In this document: positions 37,469 through 47,033 of the stretch, one piece after another
Numbering within the stretch: position 1 is the first letter of the stretch
Layout: every line of letters starts with the position of its first letter
Origin: Eubacteriales bacterium
Lineage (GTDB): Bacteria > Bacillota > Clostridia > Oscillospirales > CAG-272
Direction of reading: 5' to 3'
Length of the DNA: 64,000 nucleotides
Assembly (NCBI GenBank): GCA_045612385.1
Contig: JAZKYZ010000023.1
Location: 9,766-73,765 of the forward strand
Position numbers and translations under genes: made by a program
The notes under the pieces: generated by a model
Database searches by the model: none
The model's input: the letters and a program-made list of their open reading frames with translations, nothing else
What the model was told of the DNA's origin: nothing

Positions 37469-38653
37469 ATGCTTGAATTTGAATTGAAATACGGTTGCAA
37501 TCCGAATCAAAAGCCTGCGAGAATTTATATGAGCGACGGCTCCCCTCTTCCAATCGAAATTCTTTGTGGCAGACCTGGATATATCAATTTTCTGGACGCC
37601 TTCAACTCCTGGCAGTTGGTAAAGGAACTCAAGGAAGCGACAGGCCTCCCTGCCGTTACCTCCTTTAAGCACGTCAGTCCTACCTCTGCTGCAGTGGGGC
37701 TTCCTCTCTCGGACACCCTGAAGCGCGCGTGCTTTGTTGACGATATCGAAAATCTTGATTCTTCTCCCCTTGCTTGCGCATATGCGCGCGCGAGAGGCAC
37801 GGACAGGATGTGTTCCTTTGGCGACTGGGTTGCTCTTTCTGATGTCTGTGACGTTACGACAGCCCTGCTGATTAAGCGTGAAGTTTCCGACGGAATTATT
37901 GCACCAGGCTATGAGCCCGAAGCATTGGAAATCCTTAAAAGCAAGAGAAAAGGAAATTATAATATTGTAAAGATTGATCCAAACTATGTACCTCACCCCA
38001 TCGAAATAAAGCAGGTATATGGTATCACCTTTGAGCAGGGAAGAAATAACTTTAAGATTGATCGCGAACTTCTCACCAATCTTGTAACCGAAAATAAAAA
38101 CCTTCCCGAAAGCGCAATTCTTGATCTTATCATTGCGCTCATTACCTTGAAATATACCCAGTCGAACTCTGTTTGTTATGCCGTAGACGGTCAGGCGATC
38201 GGTGTCGGCGCAGGTCAGCAGTCACGTATCCATTGCACAAGACTTGCTGGCACAAAGGCAGACACGTGGTTCCTTCGTCAGAGCGAAAGAGTGCTCTCCT
38301 TGCCCTTCCTTCCGACACTTGCAAGACCCGATCGAGATAACGTGATTGATGGCTACATCAATCATAACGAGGAGGATGTCACAGCAGAGGGCAACTGGCA
38401 GAAATATTTTACCACCCGTCCTGAGCCATTCACCCTTGAGGAGCAAAGAGCCTACCTTGCTACAATTCACGGTGTTTCTCTTGCTTCGGATGCGTTCTTC
38501 CCCTTCTCCGATAACATTGAACGTGCCCATTTGAGTGGCGTGGATTACATTGCAGAGCCTGGTGGCTCCATTCGTGATGATGCCGTTATCGCAAAAGCGA
38601 ATGAGTATGGTATGACGATTGCATTTACAGGAATGCGCCTGTTCCACCATTGA
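37469..38653 (+). CDS. purH: AICAR formyltransferase (PurH C-terminal domain only, no MGS-like IMPCH domain)
   Basis: LKYGCNPNQ N-terminus and a C-terminal FFPFSDNIE...GGSIRD motif typical of the AICARFT domain. At 394 aa it is shorter than the ~510 aa bifunctional PurH. Confidence 0.8.
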   Translation: MLEFELKYGCNPNQKPARIYMSDGSPLPIEILCGRPGYINFLDAFNSWQLVKELKEATGLPAVTSFKHVSPTSAAVGLPLSDTLKRACFVDDIENLDSSPLACAYARARGTDRMCSFGDWVALSDVCDVTTALLIKREVSDGIIAPGYEPEALEILKSKRKGNYNIVKIDPNYVPHPIEIKQVYGITFEQGRNNFKIDRELLTNLVTENKNLPESAILDLIIALITLKYTQSNSVCYAVDGQAIGVGAGQQSRIHCTRLAGTKADTWFLRQSERVLSLPFLPTLARPDRDNVIDGYINHNEEDVTAEGNWQKYFTTRPEPFTLEEQRAYLATIHGVSLASDAFFPFSDNIERAHLSGVDYIAEPGGSIRDDAVIAKANEYGMTIAFTGMRLFHH

Positions 38654-38700
38654 TTTTGCAAAGAATACTTTACAAAATTACAACCAAATAGGAGTAAAAG

Positions 38701-39966
38701 ATGAAAATTCTTGTTGTTGGTGGTGGTGGACGTGAGCACGCCATTATCAAAAAAATCAAAGAAAATCAAAGTGTTGAGAAAATATATGCCCTTCCCGGAA
38801 ACGGTGGTATGAGCGAGGATTGCGAATGCGTTTCGGTTTCTGCGACGGATATCGACGCCATTGTCGCTTTCGCCAAAGAGATGGCGATTGATTATGCTGT
38901 TGTTGCCCCGGACGATCCACTGGTGCTTGGTCTTGTCAATGCGCTGGATGCCGCTGGCATCCCTGCGTTTGGTCCACGTAGCGAGGCAGCGATTATCGAA
39001 GGCAGTAAGGTTTTCTCAAAAAACCTGATGAAAAAATACGGAATTCCGACAGCAAAATATGAGGTTTTTACCGACCTTTCCCTTGCGCTTGACTATTTAG
39101 AGAGCGCCCCCATCCCTACGGTAATCAAGGCGGATGGTCTTGCACTTGGTAAGGGCGTTATCATTGCAATGACCCGTGAGGAAGCCAAAGTGGCTGTTCG
39201 CTCAATGATGGAAGATCACGTTTTCGGCAAGAGTGGCGAGCGTGTCGTCATCGAAGAATTCCTTGTTGGTCCGGAAATTTCCGTTCTTGCATTCACAGAC
39301 GGTAAGTGCCTCAAACCAATGGTTTCTTCTATGGACCACAAGCGCGCCTTTGATGGCGACTTGGGACTGAATACCGGTGGAATGGGTACGGTTGCCCCCA
39401 ATCCCTATTATACCCCTGAGGTAGCAAAGCGTTGTATGGAGGAGATCTTTCTTCCGACGATCAACGCAATGAACGCCGAAGGACGTACCTTTCAAGGCTG
39501 TCTGTATTTTGGCTTGATGCTGACAGAGGACGGACCGAAGGTGATAGAGTACAACTGTCGCTTCGGTGACCCTGAAACACAGGTAGTTCTTCCTCTTTTG
39601 AAATCCGATCTTCTCACCATTATGATGGCGACAACAAACGGCACTTTGGATGCCTGTGATGTCACCTTTGGCGATGGCGCCTGCGCCTGCGTTATTATGG
39701 CATCCAACGGTTATCCTGAAAAATATGAAAAGGGATATGAAATCACCATTGCTCCAGAGGTTTTGCCATACGTGTATATCGCTGGTGCAAGAAAAGAGGG
39801 AGATGCCCTTTTGACAAATGGTGGCAGAGTGCTTGGCGTGAGCGCCGAAGCGCCCACCCTGAAAGAAGCCTTGACGCTTGCGTATGCTCGTGTTGAGCAA
39901 GTACATTTTGATAATCAATTCTATCGCCACGATATTGGCGAGCGTGCCTTGAAGGCAGGGAGATAA
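38701..39966 (+). CDS. purD: GAR synthetase
   Basis: MKILVVGGGGREHA N-terminus, ATP-grasp core and GGRVLGV C-terminal motif. Confidence 0.9.
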   Translation: MKILVVGGGGREHAIIKKIKENQSVEKIYALPGNGGMSEDCECVSVSATDIDAIVAFAKEMAIDYAVVAPDDPLVLGLVNALDAAGIPAFGPRSEAAIIEGSKVFSKNLMKKYGIPTAKYEVFTDLSLALDYLESAPIPTVIKADGLALGKGVIIAMTREEAKVAVRSMMEDHVFGKSGERVVIEEFLVGPEISVLAFTDGKCLKPMVSSMDHKRAFDGDLGLNTGGMGTVAPNPYYTPEVAKRCMEEIFLPTINAMNAEGRTFQGCLYFGLMLTEDGPKVIEYNCRFGDPETQVVLPLLKSDLLTIMMATTNGTLDACDVTFGDGACACVIMASNGYPEKYEKGYEITIAPEVLPYVYIAGARKEGDALLTNGGRVLGVSAEAPTLKEALTLAYARVEQVHFDNQFYRHDIGERALKAGR

Positions 39967-39968
39967 CT

Positions 39969-42900
39969 ATGGTATATAGAGTATATGTAGAAAAAAAGCA
40001 GGGACTTGACAACGAAGCGCGTTCTCTGCAAAGCGAGCTTTCCACCCTTCTTGGCATTCACGCTCTTACAGGCGTTCGTGTCTTGAATCGTTATGATGTG
40101 GAAAACCTCGACGAGGACCTTTTTGCCCGTACCATCACAGACGTGTTCTCGGAACCACAACTGGATTTGGCAACACGTGAGCTCTCGCTCGGGGAGGATG
40201 AAACGGTGATTGCCACCGAGTATCTTCCCGGACAGTTTGACCAAAGAGCCGATAGCGCAATGCAGTGCATTCGCCTGATGTGTCCCGAAGCGAATCCCCT
40301 CGTCAGAACAGCGAAGGTTTTTATCTTCAAAGGTAACCTTTCCACCGATGACATTCTCGCAATTAAAAAATACATCATTAACCCAGTGGAGGCAAGAGAG
40401 GCGAAACTGGAGCTTCCCGAAACGCTTGCCCTTGCCTACGAACTTCCTGAAACGGTCGAAAAAGTAGAGGGCTTTATCACCCTCGACCGTGACGGGCTGA
40501 AGTCACTTCTTGCAAAACTCGGTCTGGCAATGGATATAGATGACATTCTCTTTTGCCAAAAGTATTTTCAGGAGGAAGGCAGAGATCCCACCATTACAGA
40601 AATCCGAATGATTGACACTTACTGGTCCGACCACTGTCGTCATACGACCTTCCTGACCACGATTGACAACGTCACCTTTGAGGATGACTTGCTTCGTGAA
40701 GCGTATAATGAATATCTTGCTCTTCGCCAGCGTATTGGCAGAACCAAGCCTCAAAACCTGATGGATATTGCGACGCTTGCCGTGAAGGTTCTGCGCAGAG
40801 AGGGCAAACTGGATAAACTGGATGAATCGGAAGAAATCAACGCGTGTACCGTAAAAATGAAAGTGGAAGTGGACGGTGTATGCGAGGACTGGCTTCTTCT
40901 GTTCAAAAATGAAACACACAATCATCCCACAGAAATTGAACCCTTTGGTGGTGCTGCTACCTGTATCGGTGGCGCCATTCGTGACCCTCTTTCTGGTCGT
41001 TCCTATGTTTACGGCGCTATGCGTGTGACGGGTGCTGCCGATCCTACCGTTGCTGTGGAGGATACGATTGAAGGAAAACTTCCACAAAGAAAAATTGTCA
41101 CTACTGCGGCGGCAGGCTACTCCTCTTATGGTAACCAGATTGGTCTTGCCACAGGCATTGTAGACGAACTCTATCACCAGGGTTATGCAGCGAAGCGTAT
41201 GGAAATTGGCGCAGTGATTGCTGCTGCTCCCGCGCGTAATGTGCGTCGTGAGTGCCCTGTGGATGGCGACGTAGTCATCCTTCTTGGTGGACGTACTGGC
41301 AGAGATGGCTGTGGTGGCGCGACGGGCTCCTCGAAAAAGCACACCCTCACCTCCCTTGAGAGCTGTGGCGCAGAGGTCCAAAAGGGAAATGCCCCTGAGG
41401 AAAGAAAACTTCAGCGCCTGTTCCGTAACTATGAAGCTTGTCGTATGATCAAGCGCTGTAACGACTTTGGCGCAGGTGGTGTCTCTGTTGCAATCGGTGA
41501 ACTTGCCGACGGTCTTGACATTAACCTCAATGCCGTTCCTAAAAAATATGAAGGCCTTGATGGCACCGAACTTGCGATTTCCGAATCGCAGGAGCGAATG
41601 GCTGTCGTAGTGGAAAAAGAAAATGTAGAACGCTTTATGGCGCTCGCTGAAAGCGAAAACCTTGAGGCGACAGTGGTCGCTTTTGTGACGGAGGAAAAAC
41701 GCCTTCGTATGCACTGGAATGGTGTAACGATTGTCGATCTTTCTCGTGATTTCCTGAACTCAAACGGCGCAGAAAAGCATATTGATATCTCTCCTGCAAA
41801 GCCTCTCTCCTACGAAAAAGCGAGCGTTGCTTCCTTTGAGGAAGGCTATCTTGCTCTTGCAGAGGATCTCAACGTTTGTTCAAAACGTGGACTCAGCGAG
41901 CGTTTCGATTCCACCATTGGAGCCGGCACTGTCCTGATGCCATTTGGTGGTAAGCACCAAGCGACGCCCATTCAGGCAATGGTGCAGAAGATTTCCGTTG
42001 AAGAAAAGCACACCAATACCTGCTCTTATATGGCTTGGGGCTATAACCCCTATATCGCAGAGAAAAGCCCCTATCATTCAGCATACCTCGCTGTTGTAGA
42101 AAGTGTAGCGAAGTTGATCGCTACGGGCGCGAGCTTCTCGGACACCTACCTTACCTTCCAGGAATATTTTGAAAAGCCTGGACGGGATGGCAAGCGTTGG
42201 GGCAAGCCCTTCGCCGCACTTCTCGGCGCACTGAAGGCGCAGATGGATCTTGGCATTGGCGCTATTGGTGGCAAGGACTCAATGAGTGGATCCTTTGAAG
42301 ACTTGGATGTTCCTCCTACTCTGGTTTCCTTCGCCGTTACCACAGGCAATGTGGACGAGGTCATCACAGGCGAATTCAAAAAGGCGGGACACTCCCTTGT
42401 GCATCTTGCGCCTGAATATGACGAAAACGGTTTGCCGAAGAAGGAGAGCCTTCTCGCCCTCTTCGATCGTGTCACCACTCTTATGAGAGAGGGAAAGGTC
42501 TTTGCCTCTTACACGCCTACCTATGGTGGCATAGCTGAAGCAGTGCTGAAAATGTCACTTGGCAATGGTCTTGGTTTCTCCTACTCTCCCTGTGTATCGC
42601 TGGATAGCATTTTTGGCTACGCCTATGGCTCCTTCCTTCTTGAAGTAGAGGATGCGTCACTTGGTACGCTCATTGGTACCATCACAGATACAGCCGAAAT
42701 TACCTACGGTGACACAACAATTTCCCTTGAAAAGTTAATAAAAGTTTACAATAGCAAGCTCGAAGGCGTATATCCGACGCTTGAGGGTGACAATGCGAAG
42801 CGCCTTGAAACCTTCTCGTTTGAGAGAAAGAAAGCCATTCCTTCCCCTGCGATCAAGGTGGCGAAGCCTCGTGTGCTGATTCCTGTATTCCCTGGTACAA

Positions 42901-43664
42901 ACTGCGAATACGACTCGGCGAAGGTAATGCGCGACGCTGGCGCTATCCCTGAAATTTTTGTAATCAACAACCAGTCGGAGGACGGAATCAAACGTTCGGT
43001 GGAAGCCTTCTCACAAAGACTTTCCGAGTCACAGATGGTATTTGTTCCCGGTGGCTTTTCGGGCGGTGACGAGCCGGATGGTTCGGGTAAATTCATTATG
43101 GCATTCTTCCGTAATCCTTCTGTGAAGGAGCAAATCCATACCCTCCTTGATCGTCGTGACGGCTTGATGTGTGGTATCTGTAATGGCTTCCAGGCTCTTG
43201 TTAAACTGGGACTTGTCCCCTACGGTCATATTATGGATGCCGACGAGAATGCGCCTACACTTACCTTCAATACCATCGCGCGTCACCAGTCGAAGATCGT
43301 TCGTGTACGAATTGCCTCCAATGCTTCCCCTTGGCTCTCGCATACGAAGGTTGGTGAGATTTATTCCGTTCCGATCTCTCACGGAGAAGGTCGTTTCCTC
43401 GCCAGTGATGAGGTGGTACGTGCTCTTTCTGAAAACGGACAGATCGCTACCCAGTATGTTGACCTCGAAGGCTTTGCGACGGATGATGTTCGCTACAATC
43501 CGAACAATTCGGTTTATGGCATTGAGGGCATCCTCTCGCCCGATGGTCGTGTAATTGGTAAGATGGGACACAGCGAGCGTATCGGCTATGGTTTATACAA
43601 AAATGTGCTTGGCGAATATGATATGGGTATGTTCCAGAGCGCAGTAGAGTACTTCAAAAAATAA
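39969..43664 (+). CDS. purL: FGAM synthase, single-chain large form (PurS/PurL/PurQ fused)
   Basis: 1231 aa. ETHNHPTEIEPFGGAATCIGG motif. The C-terminal GATase has GICNGFQAL (Cys) and ISHGEGRF (His/Glu). Confidence 0.9.
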   Translation: MVYRVYVEKKQGLDNEARSLQSELSTLLGIHALTGVRVLNRYDVENLDEDLFARTITDVFSEPQLDLATRELSLGEDETVIATEYLPGQFDQRADSAMQCIRLMCPEANPLVRTAKVFIFKGNLSTDDILAIKKYIINPVEAREAKLELPETLALAYELPETVEKVEGFITLDRDGLKSLLAKLGLAMDIDDILFCQKYFQEEGRDPTITEIRMIDTYWSDHCRHTTFLTTIDNVTFEDDLLREAYNEYLALRQRIGRTKPQNLMDIATLAVKVLRREGKLDKLDESEEINACTVKMKVEVDGVCEDWLLLFKNETHNHPTEIEPFGGAATCIGGAIRDPLSGRSYVYGAMRVTGAADPTVAVEDTIEGKLPQRKIVTTAAAGYSSYGNQIGLATGIVDELYHQGYAAKRMEIGAVIAAAPARNVRRECPVDGDVVILLGGRTGRDGCGGATGSSKKHTLTSLESCGAEVQKGNAPEERKLQRLFRNYEACRMIKRCNDFGAGGVSVAIGELADGLDINLNAVPKKYEGLDGTELAISESQERMAVVVEKENVERFMALAESENLEATVVAFVTEEKRLRMHWNGVTIVDLSRDFLNSNGAEKHIDISPAKPLSYEKASVASFEEGYLALAEDLNVCSKRGLSERFDSTIGAGTVLMPFGGKHQATPIQAMVQKISVEEKHTNTCSYMAWGYNPYIAEKSPYHSAYLAVVESVAKLIATGASFSDTYLTFQEYFEKPGRDGKRWGKPFAALLGALKAQMDLGIGAIGGKDSMSGSFEDLDVPPTLVSFAVTTGNVDEVITGEFKKAGHSLVHLAPEYDENGLPKKESLLALFDRVTTLMREGKVFASYTPTYGGIAEAVLKMSLGNGLGFSYSPCVSLDSIFGYAYGSFLLEVEDASLGTLIGTITDTAEITYGDTTISLEKLIKVYNSKLEGVYPTLEGDNAKRLETFSFERKKAIPSPAIKVAKPRVLIPVFPGTNCEYDSAKVMRDAGAIPEIFVINNQSEDGIKRSVEAFSQRLSESQMVFVPGGFSGGDEPDGSGKFIMAFFRNPSVKEQIHTLLDRRDGLMCGICNGFQALVKLGLVPYGHIMDADENAPTLTFNTIARHQSKIVRVRIASNASPWLSHTKVGEIYSVPISHGEGRFLASDEVVRALSENGQIATQYVDLEGFATDDVRYNPNNSVYGIEGILSPDGRVIGKMGHSERIGYGLYKNVLGEYDMGMFQSAVEYFKK

Positions 43665-43753
43665 AAAACGCAGGTGCTCCACTTTGTGGTGGAGCGCCGA
43701 AAACTTAAATTTTGTGGGGCGTTCTCGCGCCCCTTTATGAAAGGGTAACAATT

Positions 43754-45427
43754 ATGGCACAGCTTTCTGATATCGAAATTGCGCAGGGTGCGAAAATGCT
43801 CCCCATTACCACCATTGCCGAAAAACTCGGCATTGATGGCGAGCTTGTTGAGCCTTATGGAAAATACAAAGCAAAACTTGACCTCTCCTTAATGCAAACT
43901 TCTCGTAAGGAGGGAAAATTGATTTTGGTTACTGCCATCACCCCTACCCCTGCCGGTGAGGGAAAAACCACCACGACCATTGGTCTGGCTGACGGTCTGT
44001 CCCGTCTTGGAAAAAAGACGGTAGTGGCACTGCGTGAGCCCTCGCTCGGACCGGTATTCGGCATCAAGGGTGGCGCAGCAGGAGGTGGCTATGCGCAGGT
44101 AGTGCCTATGGAGGACATCAACCTGCACTTCACAGGTGACTTCCACGCCATTGGCGCAGCGAACAACCTTCTCGCAGCAATGCTCGATAACCACATTTAT
44201 CAAGGCAATCGCCTGAACATTGATCCACGTCGCATCACTTGGAAGCGTTGTGTGGATATGAACGACCGTCAGCTTCGTTTTGTTACGGATGGTCTTGGTG
44301 GCAGAGTGAACGGCGTTCCTCGCGAGGATGGCTTTGATATCACTGTCGCATCCGAGATTATGGCAGTCTTTTGTCTTGCTTCCTCGATTGAGGATCTGAA
44401 GGCAAGGCTTTCTCGTATCGTGGTCGCATACACCTATAACGAAGAGCCCATCACTGCTGGTGATTTGGGCGCGGTCGGTGCAATGACGGCACTGCTAAAG
44501 GATGCCATCAAGCCCAATCTCGTGCAGACGCTCGAAGGTACGCCCGCCCTTGTTCACGGTGGACCATTTGCTAATATCGCGCACGGATGCAACTCTGTCA
44601 TTGCGACAAAACTTGCTCTTGCGCTCGGCGATTATGCGATAACAGAGGCTGGCTTCGGCGCAGATCTCGGCGCAGAAAAATTCCTTGACATCAAATGTCG
44701 TATGGCAGGTCTTGCCCCCTCTGCCGTTGTTGTTGTAGCGACGGTGCGCGCCTTGAAGATGCACGGTGGCGTTCCCAAAACCGAACTTTCTGGCGAAAAT
44801 CTGGAAGCGCTCGCAAAGGGACTTCCGAATCTCCTTCGTCACGTGAAGAATATGAGAGAAGTTTACAAACTTCCTTGTGTCGTTGCTGTTAACCGTTTCC
44901 CCACCGATACAGATGCAGAAATTGCCCTCGTCATTGAAAAATGCAAGGAGCTCGGTGTCAACGTGTCACTCTCTACCGTCTGGGCAGAAGGTGGCAAGGG
45001 TGGAGAAGAGCTGGCTCGTGAGGTGATTCGCCTTTGTGAAGAAGAAAAGGGTGATTTTACCTTCTCATATGAGCTTGATACTACCATTGTTGAAAAAATT
45101 GAAGCGATTGTAAAGAAGGTCTACGGTGGCTGTGGCGTAGTTCTCACGCCTCAGGCGAAAAAGCAGCTCACAACCCTTGAAGCGCACGGCTTTGGTCAAC
45201 TTCCTGTCTGTATGGCAAAAACACAGTATTCCTTCTCGGATGACCCGACAAAACTGGGTGCGCCCGAAGGCTTTACCGTTACTGTTCGTAACCTGAAGGT
45301 AAGCGCAGGCGCTGGCTTCGTGGTTGCCCTGACTGGAGATATTATGACAATGCCGGGACTTCCTAAAGTTCCTTCGGCAGAAAAAATTGATGTCGACGAA
45401 AACGGAAGAATCACAGGTCTTTTCTAA
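43754..45427 (+). CDS. fhs: Formate--tetrahydrofolate ligase
   Basis: SDIEIAQ N-terminus and P-loop [16 protein letters not shown] prefer the start at 43754 (MAQLSDIE). Confidence 0.9.
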   Translation: MAQLSDIEIAQGAKMLPITTIAEKLGIDGELVEPYGKYKAKLDLSLMQTSRKEGKLILVTAITPTPAGEGKTTTTIGLADGLSRLGKKTVVALREPSLGPVFGIKGGAAGGGYAQVVPMEDINLHFTGDFHAIGAANNLLAAMLDNHIYQGNRLNIDPRRITWKRCVDMNDRQLRFVTDGLGGRVNGVPREDGFDITVASEIMAVFCLASSIEDLKARLSRIVVAYTYNEEPITAGDLGAVGAMTALLKDAIKPNLVQTLEGTPALVHGGPFANIAHGCNSVIATKLALALGDYAITEAGFGADLGAEKFLDIKCRMAGLAPSAVVVVATVRALKMHGGVPKTELSGENLEALAKGLPNLLRHVKNMREVYKLPCVVAVNRFPTDTDAEIALVIEKCKELGVNVSLSTVWAEGGKGGEELAREVIRLCEEEKGDFTFSYELDTTIVEKIEAIVKKVYGGCGVVLTPQAKKQLTTLEAHGFGQLPVCMAKTQYSFSDDPTKLGAPEGFTVTVRNLKVSAGAGFVVALTGDIMTMPGLPKVPSAEKIDVDENGRITGLF

Positions 45428-45441
45428 TATAATTCAATAAT

Positions 45442-45480
45442 AAAGGGTGCCCGAAGCGTTGCTTTCTGGCGCCCTTTCTT
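45442..45480 (+). terminator. Probable terminator after fhs
   Basis: aaagggtgcc / ggcgcccttt 10-bp stem. The T-run is weak (tttctt, partly inside the stem). Confidence 0.4.
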
Positions 45481-45605
45481 AAAAAGAAATATCATCCCCA
45501 CAGGCGAGCCGGAACTTCTCATTTATTTTTCCGACTTTACCCTCACCGAAACAGTGACGGATGTTAGCATCACTCTCTTTGAAGAAATCATTTAATAATT
45601 TTTCT

Positions 45606-45638
45606 CTGTCCCAAATTCGTTTTGGGACAGATTTTTTT
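45606..45638 (+). terminator. Strong intrinsic terminator with no assigned gene upstream
   Basis: ctgtcccaaa / tttgggacag 10-bp stem with a ttcgt loop, followed by aT7. Confidence 0.7.
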
Positions 45639-45719
45639 GCTTGTTTTCACAAATTATACTGAAAAAACACATTTACATTGTGTAATGTTACAAAACTATC
45701 AAAAAGCAGAAAAACTGCC

Positions 45720-45748
45720 TTGACAAAAAAGAATTATTATGTTATAAT
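45720..45748 (+). promoter_or_regulatory. Consensus sigma-A promoter of the pyr operon
   Basis: TTGACA, 17 nt, TATAAT, with a TGt extended -10. Confidence 0.7.
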
Positions 45749-45788
45749 AAATAGAAAATAATAGAAAATAAATTTTGTGGAGGTAGGT

Positions 45789-47033
45789 ATGAAAACTCGT
45801 GTAGAAATGACCGAAGCGATTCGTTCTCACGCATTGGCAAATTTGTCCTCTTTTGTCGACCCCTCTTCTTTTGATATTGATAATCTTTTGATTTTGCCCG
45901 GTTTTTGCGATGTGCATGTGCATTTTCGTGAGCCGGGTTTTTCTTATAAAGAAACCATAAAGACAGGCTCTGCCTCTGCGGCGCGTGGTGGCTATACTGC
46001 CGTGATGACAATGCCAAATCTCTCCCCAGTTCCCGATAGCGTTGTGCATCTTGAAGAACAACTCACAATCATTGAGCGTGATGCGACCATTGATATCTAC
46101 CCCTATGGCGCGATTACCGTCGGGCAGATGGGTGAGGAACTTTCCGATATGGAAGGTATGGCAGAGCGTGTGATTGCCTTTTCTGATGATGGAAAGGGTG
46201 TGCAGAGCGAGGAGATGATGCGAGAAGCAATGCTTCGCGCCAAGTCACTTGGTAAAATCATTGTGGCGCACTGCGAGGTGAACGCTCTCTTGCGTGGTGG
46301 TTATATTCACGATGGCGTATATGCAAAAGCGTTTGGACATCGTGGCATATCTTCTGCCTCTGAGTATGAGCAAATACGTAGAGATATCCGACTGGTGGAG
46401 GAAATTGGCGTGGCATACCACGTCTGCCACGTGTCGACGAAGGAAAGCGTTGCCTTGATTCGTGAGGCAAAGCGACGTGGTGTCAATATCACCTGCGAAA
46501 CCGGACCTCACTACCTGATCTTAAATGACCAGATGATAGGCGAGGAGGGCAGATATAAAATGAATCCTCCGATTCGCTCGGAGGCAGACCGTATCGCTCT
46601 CGTGCAAGGCATACTGGATGGCACGATTGATATGATTGCTACCGACCACGCGCCCCACAGTGAGGAAGAAAAAAGTCGTGGACTTGAAAAGAGTGCTTTT
46701 GGTATTGTGGGGCTTGAAACGGCATTCCCTCTCCTTTATACATACTACATCAAAACTGGAATCCTATCTTTGGAGAGAGCGCTTGATCTTCTTGTATATA
46801 ACCCACGTGAACGCTTCGGCTTGCCCATAGAGCCGGACGGATTCTCTGTTTGGGACGTTTCAAAGGAAAAGGTTGTGCGTCCGGAGGAATTTCTTTCTAT
46901 GGGACACGCGACCCCCTTCGAGGGCTGGCCCTTGTATGGAGAGAATCTCTTGACGGTATGTCGTGGTAAAATTGTTTATCAAAAAAATGAAGATAGAATA
47001 GACGGAGGAAATAAAAATGGCGAAAAGAAGTGA
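45789..47033 (+). CDS. pyrC: Dihydroorotase
   Basis: DVHVHFREPG metal site, ATDHAPH motif, and GGAGG RBS before the ATG at 45789. Confidence 0.9.
   Translation: MKTRVEMTEAIRSHALANLSSFVDPSSFDIDNLLILPGFCDVHVHFREPGFSYKETIKTGSASAARGGYTAVMTMPNLSPVPDSVVHLEEQLTIIERDATIDIYPYGAITVGQMGEELSDMEGMAERVIAFSDDGKGVQSEEMMREAMLRAKSLGKIIVAHCEVNALLRGGYIHDGVYAKAFGHRGISSASEYEQIRRDIRLVEEIGVAYHVCHVSTKESVALIREAKRRGVNITCETGPHYLILNDQMIGEEGRYKMNPPIRSEADRIALVQGILDGTIDMIATDHAPHSEEEKSRGLEKSAFGIVGLETAFPLLYTYYIKTGILSLERALDLLVYNPRERFGLPIEPDGFSVWDVSKEKVVRPEEFLSMGHATPFEGWPLYGENLLTVCRGKIVYQKNEDRIDGGNKNGEKK

Noticed and set aside
45481-45788. A PyrR-type attenuator upstream of the pyr operon.
   Set aside because: There is no match to the PyrR binding loop (RGUCCAGAGAGGYU). 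The strong terminator lies upstream of the consensus promoter, not downstream, and the 5' UTR after the promoter is only ~40 nt.
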